From NCBI GenBank assembly GCA_965655095.1, contig OZ296657.1:40176001-40240000 (forward strand): DNA of 64,000 bases, read 5' to 3'. Below the pieces are notes generated by a model. That model saw only the letters and a program-made list of their open reading frames with translations. It searched no databases and was not told where the DNA came from. Origin of the DNA: Haplodiscus bocki (Eukaryota). Below, one piece after another: positions 36,151 to 48,939 of this stretch (positions are counted from its first letter, which is position 1; each line of letters begins with the position of its first letter). A program made the position numbers and the translations under genes.

Positions 36151-39100
36151 AAACTAAGCCATGAACCCACTATGCTAAGTCCTCTTACTGACATACCGAT
36201 CTCAGCTACGCCCCCAGCGGTAACTGGGGCCGCCATGAGTGCCGTCGTGGCGGAAACTGCAAATTCGGCAGAATCCTACAAGAAACTGAATCATTCCAAA
36301 AACTTTCTTCATATGTGCACATGGAACGTGTTAACCCTACTACCCATTGGATCCCTGGAACTCTTAGACGTGTCGCTTACCAACCATTCTATCGACGTCG
36401 CATGCCTTCAAGAAACTAGAATCAGAGGCGATACAAAGTCAGTGACCAGAAACTACCAGATACTGACAAGCGGGTATGAAGACAAAAAGGGCCTCCACGG
36501 TGTCGGGATCGCTGTTTCTAACAGAATCAGTAACTCTATTCAATCGTGGCAGGCCATCAGCGCCCGAATATGCGCTATGCGCATCAATGCCAAGCCCACG
36601 CCCATCTCCATCTTGTCCTGCTATGCCCCTACCGAGGATACTGATTCATCCAAAAAAGACGACTTCTATATGAGCCTGCAGAGAGTCATAGACGCCGTTC
36701 CAAAGGGCGATGCCCTAGTCATCGGCGGTGATATGAATGCGAAGCTAGGATGGTCCAGTACATCCGAAAGCAAGCACATTGGTCGGTTTGTTAAGCCATC
36801 ACAGCGCAATGACAATGGTGATCGGTTAGCTCTTTTCGCATCCGCTAATGACCTCTCCGTTGCTAACACCATGTACCAGAAGAAAAAACACCAACTCAGC
36901 ACGTGGACATCAAGGGACAGGAAAACGAAAAACCAAATCGATTTCTTTCTTATAAAAAGAAGATGGCGCACAGCCATAAACGACATCCGCACTCGCAAGG
37001 ACAACCTGCTCATTGATAGCGACCACCAGATGCTTAAGTGCAAGATCAAATCCAAGCTGAAGACATACACAAAGTCTTACAAAGCCCAACGGTTCAACAT
37101 TGAAGGCCTTCGACACCCTGCCACGGCCAGACAGTACTGTCAGGAGCTACGTAAAACCGCTCAAGCGCTTCCGCACGACAGTACCGTGAACAGAAAATGG
37201 GAGTATATAAGAGACGCTATGATCAAAACTGCTAAAAAGACCATCGGCAAGACTCAAACCAAAAGTAAACCCTGGATTTCTCAGGAGACTCTCAATGCAA
37301 TTAAACATAGAGAGAGCCTCAAAAACAAGGGTGCGCCGCGCAACAAGATTAAAGAACAGAGGAAGCACATCAAGAAGCTTCTCAGGAGAGACAAAAACAA
37401 ATACATTGACGACAAAACTGCCGACATCGAACTGGCTAATGAGAAAGGGCACACCAGGGAAATGTACCGGCTGATCCGAACACTTGGAGGCTGTAAAAAG
37501 CATGCTTCGGAAACAATTAAAGACTCTAGCGGTCAGCGAATTTCCGATACCAGGAAAATCATGGAAAGATGGGCAGAGCACTTTGTCGAACTGCTCAACG
37601 CTGATACTAGCTCCACTCCATTACTCAAACGATTCACCCCACCCGTGGTCTTAGCAGAAATAGATACCGAAGCTCCAACCAAAAATGAGATAACCCACGC
37701 TTTGAGAGAACTTCAGAATCGTCGTGCTGGAGGATGCGACGGCATCCCGCCCGAGTTGTACAAAGAAGGCGGCGAGGCTCTCATTGACATGCTGAAATCC
37801 CTTCTCGATGACATCTGGGACAGTGAACAAATTCTGGATGAATGGCGGACTTCTGTACTTCTTCCTTTCCACAAGAAAGGCGACACGCAGATTTGTAGTA
37901 ATTACCGTGGCATCTCTCTGCTCTGTATAGGCTTCAAAATCCTCGAAACTATCCTTCTGGCTAGACTCACAGAAGCCTACGAACCTGCTGCTCGAGACAA
38001 TCAGGCGGGGTTCAGAAAAAAGAGAGGATGCCGAGACCAAGTTTTCGCGCTTCGACAAATTTTGGAGCAACGAAGTGAATTCAACAGATCTACAGTTATG
38101 ACGTTCATCGATTTCAAGGCGGCGTTTGATAGCGTAAACCGCAATGCGATTTGGCAAATCTTCGAACGCCTAGGCATGCCACAAAAGATCGCCAACATCA
38201 TCAGAAATATGTATACCGATACGAATAGCATCGTGAAGATGAATAACAACCTCTCCGACCCCTTTCCGGTGTGCTCGGGTGTGCGCCAAGGCGGTGTTCT
38301 GTCGCCTTTCTTATTTAATCTTCTGATCGACTGGGTTATGCATACAGCCACTGAGGGCACCAATCACGGAATACAGCTTGAAACTCTCATTACCGACCTT
38401 GACTACGCTGACGATATCTGTCTCTTGGAAGACAACAGCGCTGATGCCCAGGCCCTCCTCGATAGGGTCCTTTCTGCCGCGGTCGAAGTTGGTCTCAAAA
38501 TCAACGCCGGGAAGACGAAATGTATGCTCTCCAGACTAGAGCCGTCTTCGATTTACTGTAACGGCTGTGCCCTTGACAACGTAGCAGAATTCGATTACCT
38601 AGGCAGTCGCATCTCTCACAATGGTGACATCTCCAGTGAGATCCAGCATAGAATTACCCGTGCAACTGCTAATGCCTGCCAGCTCAACAAACTCTGGAGC
38701 AATAGAGATATCACTATCAAAACCAAGAGCAAAGTGTATAAAGCCTGTGTTCGTAGCGCCCTCCTGTACGGCGCAGAGACCTGGACCCTAAGGAAAGCTG
38801 ATCTCTCCCGACTGGACGCATTCGAGAACAGATGTGCTAGAAAATTCTTTGGAGGTAAAACTGAACTCAGATCTTCGACCATCAGAAGCATGGCACACCT
38901 GGGTGGCTCACTGGATCCACTCCTCCGGCAGATGCGCCTGAAATGGTGCGGGCATGTGTTCCGGATGACAGAGGACAGAGTCACCAGAGAGGCATTGATG
39001 TTCGACAAGGCTACATCTTGGAAGCGCCCACCAGGGGGAATGAGAAAGACCTGGAGAACTACTGTGGCAGAAGATCTGGAGCCCATTCTGAAACCCCCAC

Positions 39101-39231
39101 GGATGAGATCCGATATTTGGAAGAGGAAGTGGAAGGATACCTGCAGTGAAATTGCGACGGACAGGCCGAGATGGCGAGCAGTTGTCCGGGACGCGGTATC
39201 GGTGGCTGGCAATGGGCAGACATGCCTCTAG
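36115..39231 (+). CDS. APE endonuclease-reverse transcriptase (RTE-type ORF); true start may be a downstream ATG
   Basis: EN motifs TWNV, CLQET, YAPT, GDMNA, NQIDF, SDH; RT motifs NYRGISLL, QAGFR, FIDFKAAFDSV, GVRQG, YADD, YLGS; RTE C-terminal RLKWCGHVFRM; no stops. Confidence 0.97.
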   Translation: MEEEGWGLAFPVKLSHEPTMLSPLTDIPISATPPAVTGAAMSAVVAETANSAESYKKLNHSKNFLHMCTWNVLTLLPIGSLELLDVSLTNHSIDVACLQETRIRGDTKSVTRNYQILTSGYEDKKGLHGVGIAVSNRISNSIQSWQAISARICAMRINAKPTPISILSCYAPTEDTDSSKKDDFYMSLQRVIDAVPKGDALVIGGDMNAKLGWSSTSESKHIGRFVKPSQRNDNGDRLALFASANDLSVANTMYQKKKHQLSTWTSRDRKTKNQIDFFLIKRRWRTAINDIRTRKDNLLIDSDHQMLKCKIKSKLKTYTKSYKAQRFNIEGLRHPATARQYCQELRKTAQALPHDSTVNRKWEYIRDAMIKTAKKTIGKTQTKSKPWISQETLNAIKHRESLKNKGAPRNKIKEQRKHIKKLLRRDKNKYIDDKTADIELANEKGHTREMYRLIRTLGGCKKHASETIKDSSGQRISDTRKIMERWAEHFVELLNADTSSTPLLKRFTPPVVLAEIDTEAPTKNEITHALRELQNRRAGGCDGIPPELYKEGGEALIDMLKSLLDDIWDSEQILDEWRTSVLLPFHKKGDTQICSNYRGISLLCIGFKILETILLARLTEAYEPAARDNQAGFRKKRGCRDQVFALRQILEQRSEFNRSTVMTFIDFKAAFDSVNRNAIWQIFERLGMPQKIANIIRNMYTDTNSIVKMNNNLSDPFPVCSGVRQGGVLSPFLFNLLIDWVMHTATEGTNHGIQLETLITDLDYADDICLLEDNSADAQALLDRVLSAAVEVGLKINAGKTKCMLSRLEPSSIYCNGCALDNVAEFDYLGSRISHNGDISSEIQHRITRATANACQLNKLWSNRDITIKTKSKVYKACVRSALLYGAETWTLRKADLSRLDAFENRCARKFFGGKTELRSSTIRSMAHLGGSLDPLLRQMRLKWCGHVFRMTEDRVTREALMFDKATSWKRPPGGMRKTWRTTVAEDLEPILKPPRMRSDIWKRKWKDTCSEIATDRPRWRAVVRDAVSVAGNGQTCL

Positions 39232-40394
39232 CCATGATGATGATGATGATTATTCTAGACCATTTTTGGGTTCGCTTGGTAAATAAACTCTAAATAATGC
39301 CTGAATGATTCTATAAAAGAACGGAGTTTGAAAAATTCAACCGGTGACTACTCAAAAAATAACAGGCATATAAAAATTTTTCTATCTGTCAAGAAGAACA
39401 GAAAATAATGATCAGGGGCGGATTCTAGCTGCAATTCCTGAAACAACATGTCAATAATAGTTACTATCTTAGCTGTCAAAAACGTTAAAATGTGTGCTCT
39501 TATTGGTCGGAACGTCTCAGAAAAAGTTTCACACAAAGAAAAATTTCCAAAAAACCATAATGCAGCTTGTTGAAAAGTATTTTTGTTCCAAAAATCTAGA
39601 TATTGAAAAATATTTTAAGTATTCGATATTCTCGGATTAAATTTTCTGTAATAGGAAGAAGTGTTTTAAAAGTCTCGAGAATAATTTTTCATACCAATGG
39701 TTCTACAAATGTGGTGGGCAATGAGGTTATGTCTGCCCATTTTAGGTGCTGAAAAGAATTTCCCTAGAATAGGCCGTTTTTAATTGCACGGCAAAGTAGA
39801 AACTAATAAATGCTTTTAATTAAGTGCTAAAACTAAAATCCACTTGATCAAGACGTTCAACTGTACGTTCCTCAAATCTATCCAAATTCAAACTGCAACT
39901 AAATGACAATTTAAAACTACTATTTTGTTTCAATAATACCTTAATGAATTTTATTATTACCCGGGTTTACCACCCGAGGAATAACTTACTACGGAGCAGC
40001 TCTGTACCCCAGCACTGTCATAGACAAAACACGTAACAAGAACATGGCAAGAAAGCCCTGTGGCCAGGGATGGGCTTTAGTGAGAAAACGATGCACTCTG
40101 TGGGAATAAATTCCGATCAAGATTCGTTTTTTCTAAGTTTTGTGTTTTCCCTTTCAAAAATGTAAGAATTTAGCAATAGAAATCTCACTTCAGTTTCCAG
40201 TTAAGTTGCAGTTTATCCAATAAAACTGCTAGCACAGAACTGTTAGACATCCGGGGTTTCAAGTGAACAGCTAGCTTTTGATTGATTAAGGACTAGAGAA
40301 GCTGCAGACAACTGAGTTTCAACAAATTAGTCTGCAACTGACCTCAACCTGCCTCAAATTGGAAAAAAAGCAGACTTGATATTTTTTGGATTTC

Positions 40395-42094
40395 TGTCGA
40401 AGCACACCTGCGAGGCATGCGGCAAGCCCCTATTAAAACGAAAGACACCCTAATGCTCAGAACAAACTCAAAACACTAATACTTTTGCTCAAACTTTAAA
40501 ATACTTCACAACTTTTGTACATATATACGGATACGTATCCAATACGTATCCATAACAAATGTACATGAATATAGTGGCATGTATTCTAAACGGAACACTT
40601 TACTAAACTGATCCACACTAAGACGGAACCGTTACGAAACAAACCAATTTTCACAGAGTAGTATTAACCTAAATGGTGCTATTTTTATGTTAATCTATTT
40701 ATTCAGTTATTATATAGAAATCCACCTTTTCGGTACAAACATGTTGATTGATTGCAATAAGTGCAGTTAACAGCGGTACTTTGATATAAATTAGTGTTAG
40801 AAAAAGCGTGATTTGCTTACAATAGAGTTGACTCTCGGAGTGAATATTTGTTCCGTACGTGTTCCCTCGTTACTTGTCTGGTGACGTCAGTAATACTATT
40901 CTAACTAGGCCGTGCTGCAGTGTCGTGGTGAATACGGAGTGACTCCGTGTTCACCCCTCATTTGAGCACAGCTTACTTAATTTCAACTAATACTACTAGT
41001 GGCTACGGAGCTGTTTCGGATACCACTAGTAGCTACTCGTCGGAACGAGGAGTAAACTAGTAGTGCTACTAGTTTCTCCTCATTTCTAAAAGAGTAAAAG
41101 ACGCAAAGATTAATTGATGACAAAATGAGCATGAAGATGATGATTAACTGTTTTTTTGTACTAAAGTCATTCATTCTGTATTTTTATTTTTCTATTTTTG
41201 TCTTTTATTTTATTTTACTAACTAAGAATTTCTTAGTATTTTCCATTTGTGGATTATACATTTTTTCAAACTGCAAGCAATATGTCAGCTGGGGAATAAA
41301 CACTGTGATGTCCATCTCTGACGGATTAGGTCCCTCCAATTTCTGTCGAAAGATGGAAAACGCGCGTCCTATGAGGGAATAAATGGATGGAAAAGTTGTT
41401 TATTTCCCGCCAGAGTCAGCATTTTGACTTTGATGTTGTAACTTATAAGTACTTTTCCCTATTTGTACCCTGACTTGGCGTGTAAACAACTATGTTTCCC
41501 GCCAGGGAAAAGGTATAAATAGGAGAAAAGAAAGTACAGATTATTAGAAATTTGTTATCATTCTGTAGTACTGACGATAATACCCAGTATTGTTACTTCC
41601 ATTATTCAAAAGACTGTAAAACCACAATTTGATTTCCCTTCAGTAAAAACAAACAATTTTTAATCGCTGACGTTCACTTTTCCCGTCGAAAATGGCAACT
41701 CTGAGAAACAAGAAGAAATTGGCAGCATTAAACAAGGAAAAGTGTGAGGAACTTCGTAGAAGCAATGTGACACAAAACTCGATTGTTCCCAGATCACAAG
41801 AAGACTACATAACTCAAGTATCTGAGGAAATTGAGGGAAGAGTCACAAAGAAGTTGTCTCAGGAGTTTAGTAGAACAGAAAACAGCATATTAAGCGCATT
41901 ATCACGTCTTGAAGACTTTCTCATGAACCCACTAATTCAGGGCCAGTCCGGAACCGCTCCGGAGACGTCACCGAACGCATATGGCACAAACCAGGGAACG
42001 AATGAGGACAACTCCCAGAGTGATCCTCATCCTGAAGCAGGTGTTTTCCAGAGCCAGACGACACGAAACTCTGGCCCACAAGATAATCACGACA
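40395..42094 (+). mobile_element. Solo LTR, family B (1.7 kb), containing the first ~134 codons of gag
   Basis: Termini TGTCG...CGACA; flanks ATTTC/ACTTC (5-bp TSD, one mismatch). Colinear with the reverse complement of 30811-32584. ORF 41692.. MATLRNKKKLAA...ISQVSEEIEGRVTKKLS-like loses gag homology right at 42094. Confidence 0.82.
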
Positions 42095-42887
42095 ACTTCA
42101 GTGGGGTTGCAGTGGTATTTCTGGGAGCTTTTTCCAAGAAGTAAAGCCACAAAAAACCGGAAATTGTTTCAATTTTGATGTCTTCACTAATTTACATCAA
42201 TTCAGTTAGGTTTTGGTCAATTTTCACTATGCCTGAAAAAAATAATACTCCATTCTAAATTTTGCAAGATGCCGGAAGTGATCAATTATTTGTTTTTTGA
42301 TTGTTTTCAAAACTTTCAGAATCCTAACCTCCAAACTGTTACTTTACCGCCTTTTGCGCGATAGTAATAACTACGTTGGACTGGACGTTTTCTGTGCTAA
42401 TTTGGTTGTGTGTTTTTTTAAATAATTTCAAAAGAAATGGCTAAAACTGTTTTGTTTTCAGCCCTGGTACTGTCTTAGCAACCGTACATCATCTCCTACC
42501 GGTTTTTAATTGAGTCAAATGTTTCTCATAATCAACGGTCTGGTCTGCATTTTGATTTTTGTAGGATATAACTGGTGAACAGACAGTTTTGAATGGGTGC
42601 TTAAATTGAAAATATCAGAAAGATTTCGGCTCTTACCTGAAATTAGCCGTCTTTGAAACGGTGTTTAGTTATTTGTAGGCGTTCAATCGATGCAAGTTCT
42701 ACTTGGGCAAAATCAAATGCAGTAGACCAAGATTTTTGCTGGGTTTTCACTAGTTTGCTGTAAGTTTTGTTACTGAAAGTTTTCGAGGAAAAAAGAAAAA
42801 TAGAAAGTGTTCTTTTTGGAAATTTCTTTCAATTTTGTTGTCCTCGCAAGTCCAAATTACCTCAAATCGTTTCCCAATCCCCCATTA

Positions 42888-43620
42888 ATATTTTTGCCGC
42901 ATATGTAATATGCAAGAAAAATGATTCATTCAGTAGGGTCGTTTTTTTCAGACCAAATTTGCCAACTCTGTTTATTCAAAAATAAGTAACAGCAGTAGGG
43001 TTAGGACAACATGGTTCTGAAGCGGTAGGTCCGGGTTCAAGTCTCCGTCAGGCCAAATATTTATATGATTTCACTGACATTTGTCAGAAATTCCAATGGT
43101 TCCCATGGCACAGTGGGTAGGACAACAGGGTTTTGAAGCGGTAGGTACGGGTCTGAATCCCAGCCTTTACCTAAATTTTTGAAGTATTACGATGCAAAAT
43201 TGTGATACCGCCCCCGCTCTTATGCATGACAATTTTCGATACCAGAATTTTTCTGAAACCAGGAAGGGTTCCCCTACGAAATTTTTTGGGACTGTGAGAC
43301 AAAACAATTTCGACGGAAAATCGTGATACTCGCCCCCTCTCTTATCCCTAATATTTTTCGATACCGGAAATTTTCTGAAACACAGAAGTGTTCCTCTACG
43401 AAATTTTTCGGCACTCCGAAACAAAAGTTTTTCAACGGAAAATCGTGATACCCTTTTGCATAATGTCCAGAAATCAGTGGTGGAATTGATGTTTTTAAAA
43501 ACTCTTTGAAAACTAAATTAATTCAAAACAGTAGTTTTGTTCTTAACCGTTTGCAAAAATTGATCAAAATATTTGTAGTTGGGCAAAAAATATGCTAGTG
43601 CTAGCCGGCCGTCTTGTTTT
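42888..43620 (-). repeat. Copy 2 (inverted) of the 34047-34530 repeat, with extra tRNA-derived units
   Basis: Reverse-complement match, also visible as near-identical spurious ORFs 34234..34437 and 43167..43424. Confidence 0.9.
42988..43165 (+). pseudogene. Two tandem tRNA(Gln)-like / SINE-head-like units (~116-bp period)
   Basis: Unit 2 GGTTCCCATGGCACAGTGGGTAGGACA...TTTTGAA has a pol III A box and a TTG anticodon-like loop. Unit 1 has TTCTGAA and B box GGTTCAAGTC. The acceptor stems do not close. Confidence 0.55.
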
Positions 43621-44948
43621 TGTTCTAACGAGCTACCAAGGCTCTTTGATACCTTTGGCGGGGTGTTAAATTTTGATTAGATATCTCAAATGCTTGCAGA
43701 CTTAAGAAAATTAAGTAAAGTTCGACATTGACAAAAATTGCTTTTTCAAAACAATACGTTCAACATTATTCAAACAAGAGTTCATTCGACTTCAATTTTG
43801 CCTGAAATTAGAGCTACAGTTAATTCAAAGGTGTTTTATGTTTCAGTCATTCCAATTTTTTGCCACTTAGAGCAGTTGCAGTCCCAGAATATTGCAGTAC
43901 TGCTGCGCCTGTTGTATGAATTTTTGAAGAAACAATAGAGATTTAGCAATTGGAGTGGTATCTTTGAGAAAAACCCTCAATAATAATATATGATGTAGCT
44001 CAGGCCTTTTTAGTCGGGCGCTGTAGTAATTTTACTGAAGAGCCCTACTATTACTGTGCTTGATTTATTCCCATTTTTTGACAGAAGAACTTAAACTGTA
44101 TGCAGGTTTCTTATTTCATCCAAACTTTTCGGCCTCGACTGCTGGTACCCTCTAGAGCTGTAAAACGTACCAAATAGCATCCCAGAAACCATGTAACAGT
44201 ACCATCAAAAAGGCTTTTCGCCAAAACAAAAACCGGAAAGTTACCATATATTTTTTCAACAAATCGACCACTATATTTTTTCCAGATATAGCTTCTCATA
44301 GACCCTTATCATCAAAAAGGATGCAACATAATAGATTGAACTCTAGTTTTTGTCAAAGAAGCCTTTTTGTCAAAGAAGCCTAAAAAAACGAGTCCCCGTG
44401 GATATTTTAAACATTACGGGTTTCACCGATTTTTGCCGTTTTCGGTCTGACGTTTAATCAAAAAACTTTCCGTAATTTTTGTCAATTTTTGAAGCAAAAA
44501 TTATTTCAATATATCTAGACAATCGATGAAGGAAAGACAGTGAAAAAAAATAAAGTCCAAATTGTGCCCAGTGGAAACACTGGAACCAATAATAATGTAA
44601 TCTGATGTCAAAATTGATACTGTGAATGAACCAAGTCACTTTACAGTAGTTTCATTGTCATTTTTTAATCTTTTCGGGGGCAGAAATTGTATGAAAAGCT
44701 GTAGAAGTTTTTGTTACAACTAAGATCTTGTTTGAAAAATGAAATTACCGTTTAACTCTTATCACGTGTCAAAATTTTATCCGGTAGCTCAATTAGCTCC
44801 ATGCATATTGCTCGCTAACTTTTTGAGGGTGTTAAAAACAGTTTTCGTTTGTGTTACAAATTTATTGTATGACCACATTCAGCAAAAACAGTTTCCAAGT
44901 GATAAATCTCAGCAACTGAAATCTGGATGGTCATTTGTCCATTTGCAG

Positions 44949-45018
44949 AACAATTTTGGAACTGGGTCCCTCCGAAGTCAATGTGATGGAGGCGAAGACA
45001 TATCCTACAATCGTTGCG
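44949..45018 (+). CDS. Probable small Cys-containing exon (may begin at 44883)
   Basis: TTGCAG|AAC; NNFGTGSLRSQCDGGEDISYNRC; donor G|GTGAG, phase 1, compatible with 47301. Confidence 0.55.
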
Positions 45019-47300
45019 GTGAGCTATCTCTTCCTAATAGTCGTAAAATTTTATTCAGTACATAAATAGGTTATCTCTTACGGCAATTTTTTGGTTGGAA
45101 TCATAACGCTTTGGTAGTCCTAAGTCTTCAACTTTTGGAAATACAGTATCTCTTTGGTCGAAGAAACATGGAACCTTTACAGGTTGCATCCATGCAGGCG
45201 GGCAAAATTTTTGATGAAGCATGGAAAATTCAGACAGCACGCATCGAAAAATTTTACAGAACATCCATGCAACATAGAAAATTTTGTTAAAAAATTGTTT
45301 TTATCGAGAAGTCTAATTTCTTTGCCACGATAATATTTTGATCAATTCAAACGAACCAGCAAGGATTCTTTGTGTGACAATCCGATTAAGAAAATTTTTC
45401 AACTCACATTAAAGGGCAGTTGGTACTTTCTCAAGATATTTAACTACCAAACAGTATACTACAAGTTTTTATTTCTAAAAATCTTCTAAAACCTTCTGCC
45501 ATGTTCGGCATGCAGCAGTAACTTAAAAGATAAACTAGAAAACCAACCCAAAAACATGTAACCCAGAAATGCAAAAACACAAAGGTGCATTTTGTAAATT
45601 GATCTTTGCCCTTTTAATTGTGTTTACGCGTGCTCGAACATGTTAATTCTTTACAAGTGAAGCTACTAGCCGCCATTATTCCGTTCGCGTGCTTTGCCTT
45701 CCCGAAACAAAAACATCATCTGACGTCATTTGACGTCATGCGTTCAATAACATTATGAATACTGGCGATTCTAAAGTCTCGCGATCAGTCACGTGATCTG
45801 ATTTCATGTTCACGGCCAGTTACGTGCTATTCCCATTCTGATCGGCCAGTGACTGGACAAAACTTAGTATATATACCACACGATTTTCGCTCTGATATTG
45901 CTCTCTCCGATCAGTTCAGAAAAAAGTCGAGAAGTGCGTCACTTCACTCCAGCCATTTTCACCCCTTCGGATCAATTCCCCATGCGGCGCTTTGAGCAGT
46001 AATCGCGAGTCCAGAATGTGTTCACTTTTTATTTATGCTAACTTTCTTTTTGGTGATATCTCACTTATAATTTAACTTCAATTTTTGATGTGATGTTATA
46101 TAAGTAATTTCAGTCACCGAATTTACTTCAACAGAAGAACCTTTAGCTGAACCCGTCCTTAGTTGACGACGAGGTCTGAACTCTGAACATGAGATCAAGT
46201 CAAACAAAAAACGTAAGCCTAACGTATGAATGATTTTTTCCGTGACACTTATTTAAAAGCTGATTTGGCTTTCATCGTATTATTTATCTTATTCGCTCCT
46301 ATGTTTTATGTTTGTGATTGCAAAAATATACAGAATTTCAATTTTGATATTATTTTATCTACAATTTCCATCTTTCTTATTGCCTGACACCAAAGTAAAA
46401 GATCTTCCTTTCAAACTCACACCTGAGGCGACCGTTGTTGAAGTGTAGGGAGGCAATAGTGGCAAATTTGAAATAGGAGATTTATCTTAAGACTAGATAA
46501 TTAGCCTACCCTAGAATAGAGTGGCTTTTGAGACTTTCCACTACTATCTCCAACAACCCTAGACAAAACTTCACACTCCATGCATTTTCAGCTAGGGGTG
46601 TTGAATAGGAGTTTCAGGAGTGAATTAGATGGAAATGCAAAATTCCCCTTGGGAGTCCACACAATACTTTTCCGCGCATTTGAATTACGTTATTTGATGT
46701 ATTTTTTATGCTAATCTTGTTCTCAAATGTTAATTGTGTTATTAAAAGGAATTCTTTTTAGTTAGGCACAAATTTTTACAGCTACTGGGCAAATGTTTGA
46801 AGTCATTTGAGCATAGACGAGAGAAATAGGCGTTGTCACTTTCATGAGACCCTTGTGAACAACTTCAGTACTTTCTCGCAACACGAGGATGAAATTTGAT
46901 TTGGTCTCTCAAACGCATGAAAAAATATTAATTTTTTGAGTTATTAACTGTAAGCGCAACATGAAGCTTTATGTTAGATTATAGTTTACAAGACTCTATA
47001 TAACGACACAACGGGCAATCAACGACTTCCATTCAGTCATTAAATGGCACTTCTATGATTTTCATGTTTTTAATTGGAAGTCGACTATTTTGATCTAGTT
47101 CTAGTTTTTTGATCCAAATTTTCTGTAAACTTCTTTTGCAGTCAGAAAACTTTATGGGTATTTTAGTGAATTACTTTCGACAGTTTTGAAAACATGATGG
47201 GAAATCTGCTGAGATGAAGGTTGAGAAGTATTTATTCATTGGGCTGACAGAGTCTGTGAGCATCTGAGATACTTGAGTTTTTTCAGGGTTTTGTTTTCAG

Positions 47301-47420
47301 GGTTCTGCCCTCCTACGCAATTTCAGTGTGAGACAGGTTCGTGTGTAGAGCCAATGAGAAGATGTGACGGAATTATCGACTGCCCTGATGGATCTGATGA
47401 AGACTCTGAATTCTGTGACC
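47301..47420 (+). CDS. Exon encoding a canonical LDL-receptor class A repeat (absent from the ORF track)
   Basis: TTTTCAG|GG acceptor; [39 protein letters not shown] (6 Cys, DCxDGSDE); donor C|GTTAGT; symmetric phase 1-1. Confidence 0.93.
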
Positions 47421-48939
47421 GTTAGTTCTCTCGCTTTTTAGGAAGAATGACTAAACTCATGCTATGCACAATATGATAGAGAGCCATTTCATGCGCAAAC
47501 CTCGTGTCATAGCGCCATTGTTTGCATTAGTGCCTGGGCAAGACAGTTTTCACACATTTCCAGCAAATATATACCAGAAATATTTAATCCGTTAGCGACC
47601 AAGTAATTATTTGAATCTCGGATCTGAAATTGAAGCATAACTTTCAAACCAAAACTGCAAACTCTCTAAACATTTCCAAAGCTGTTGATTGATTGCAGTC
47701 CAATTGGCTTCCAGCTCCTAACAGCCCATTGGCTGCCAAAAAAGAAACTATAGCTTGAAAACTTCTTGAACCAAAAATTTTTGAATCCAAGCATTTGACA
47801 AGAAGTTTTTCAGAACGAGAATCTTCAATTATGGATGATGATTATTCAAGTTTCATATATGTTCGTATTTGTTATTCTAATCTAAAACTTTAACACGGAT
47901 TTTTATTTTAAATTTAGTTTTAAAAGCTTTGTTTGACAGAAATGTTTCAAAACAACTTCTTTCTCAAGTAATCTCAAATTTTCCAATGTTCGTATTACGT
48001 ATTTTAATAAAAAACCTTCCAAAAACATTTTGAGGTTCGAGTTTAAGAGTAGAATATTAGGAGCCAACATTAAAACTATTTTCACTCTGAAAACTAATTT
48101 TTTACTTTTGAACTGGAGGAACCCAATTTTATGCAAAATCGGGAAAAAAAGATTGTACCATAACTTCTCAAAAATATTCTGATTGAGGAGCAAAAAGCAC
48201 AGCAGAGCTGCAATACTTATCTTTACCGGGAGTAAGAAAAAATACAGAGTCAGCGTCGACCGAACAACTCGGTATATAAAAATTTAAAACCTGGAATAAT
48301 GTAAGTAAATGGGGTACAACGGAAAATTCTGGTATCTAACTTTTCTCAAAATTTGTGGTTACTTCTTTCTTATCAGTTGTATTATCTCTATAAAGGATGT
48401 CATACAGTTTGATAACGAAGAGACTGCAGAAAAAGTTCGTAATCATTTTTACATTTGCTATAATAAAAAAGCGAAACGTTGTATTTATTCCCCAGGAAAG
48501 AAAGGGACAAGTGTAGGTTTATTCTTTTTAGTCTTATATACCCTACATTAAAAAAGTTCAATAATATTTTCGGTGATATGATCGTTGTGAGATTCGCACA
48601 TATAGTTTTTCTATCTTCACTGTTTAATATTAGTGATATGATGCTAATTGAAAGGACACTATGATTTCTCACTGTTCATGATTTAAAGGGCGTCACACAG
48701 ATGTTAACTATTCTCACTATAGCTTCGCAATTTTTTTTCACTAGAACCCTATAGAATTTGATTTACATCTCTAGTCCTCTCACTAATTTTTCATTTCAAG
48801 AGTTGATAGTGAATATGAGGCTATAGTGGCGCCTTATCTTACTAGCTCCCACAATTCCTTCATCTTCGTTTGTCCTTTTCTTCTAACTTTAAAACAGATC
48901 TCCTACACTTTGCACGAACTAATACAATTAAATTTACTT

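Larger units (their letters stand above)
36035..39250 (+). mobile_element. Apparently full-length RTE-clade non-LTR retrotransposon inside an intron
   Basis: GC-richer island with a single ~1000-aa ORF, a very short 3' UTR and an (ATG)n tail at 39234-39250. 5' boundary approximate; no convincing TSD. Confidence 0.93.

Noticed and set aside
36476-39212. Several antisense or overlapping ORFs of 65-200 aa within the LINE
   Set aside because: Shadow frames of a GC-richer coding sequence; no motifs
42988-43165. Functional tRNA-Gln genes
   Set aside because: Cloverleaves incomplete; each unit has only one good pol III box
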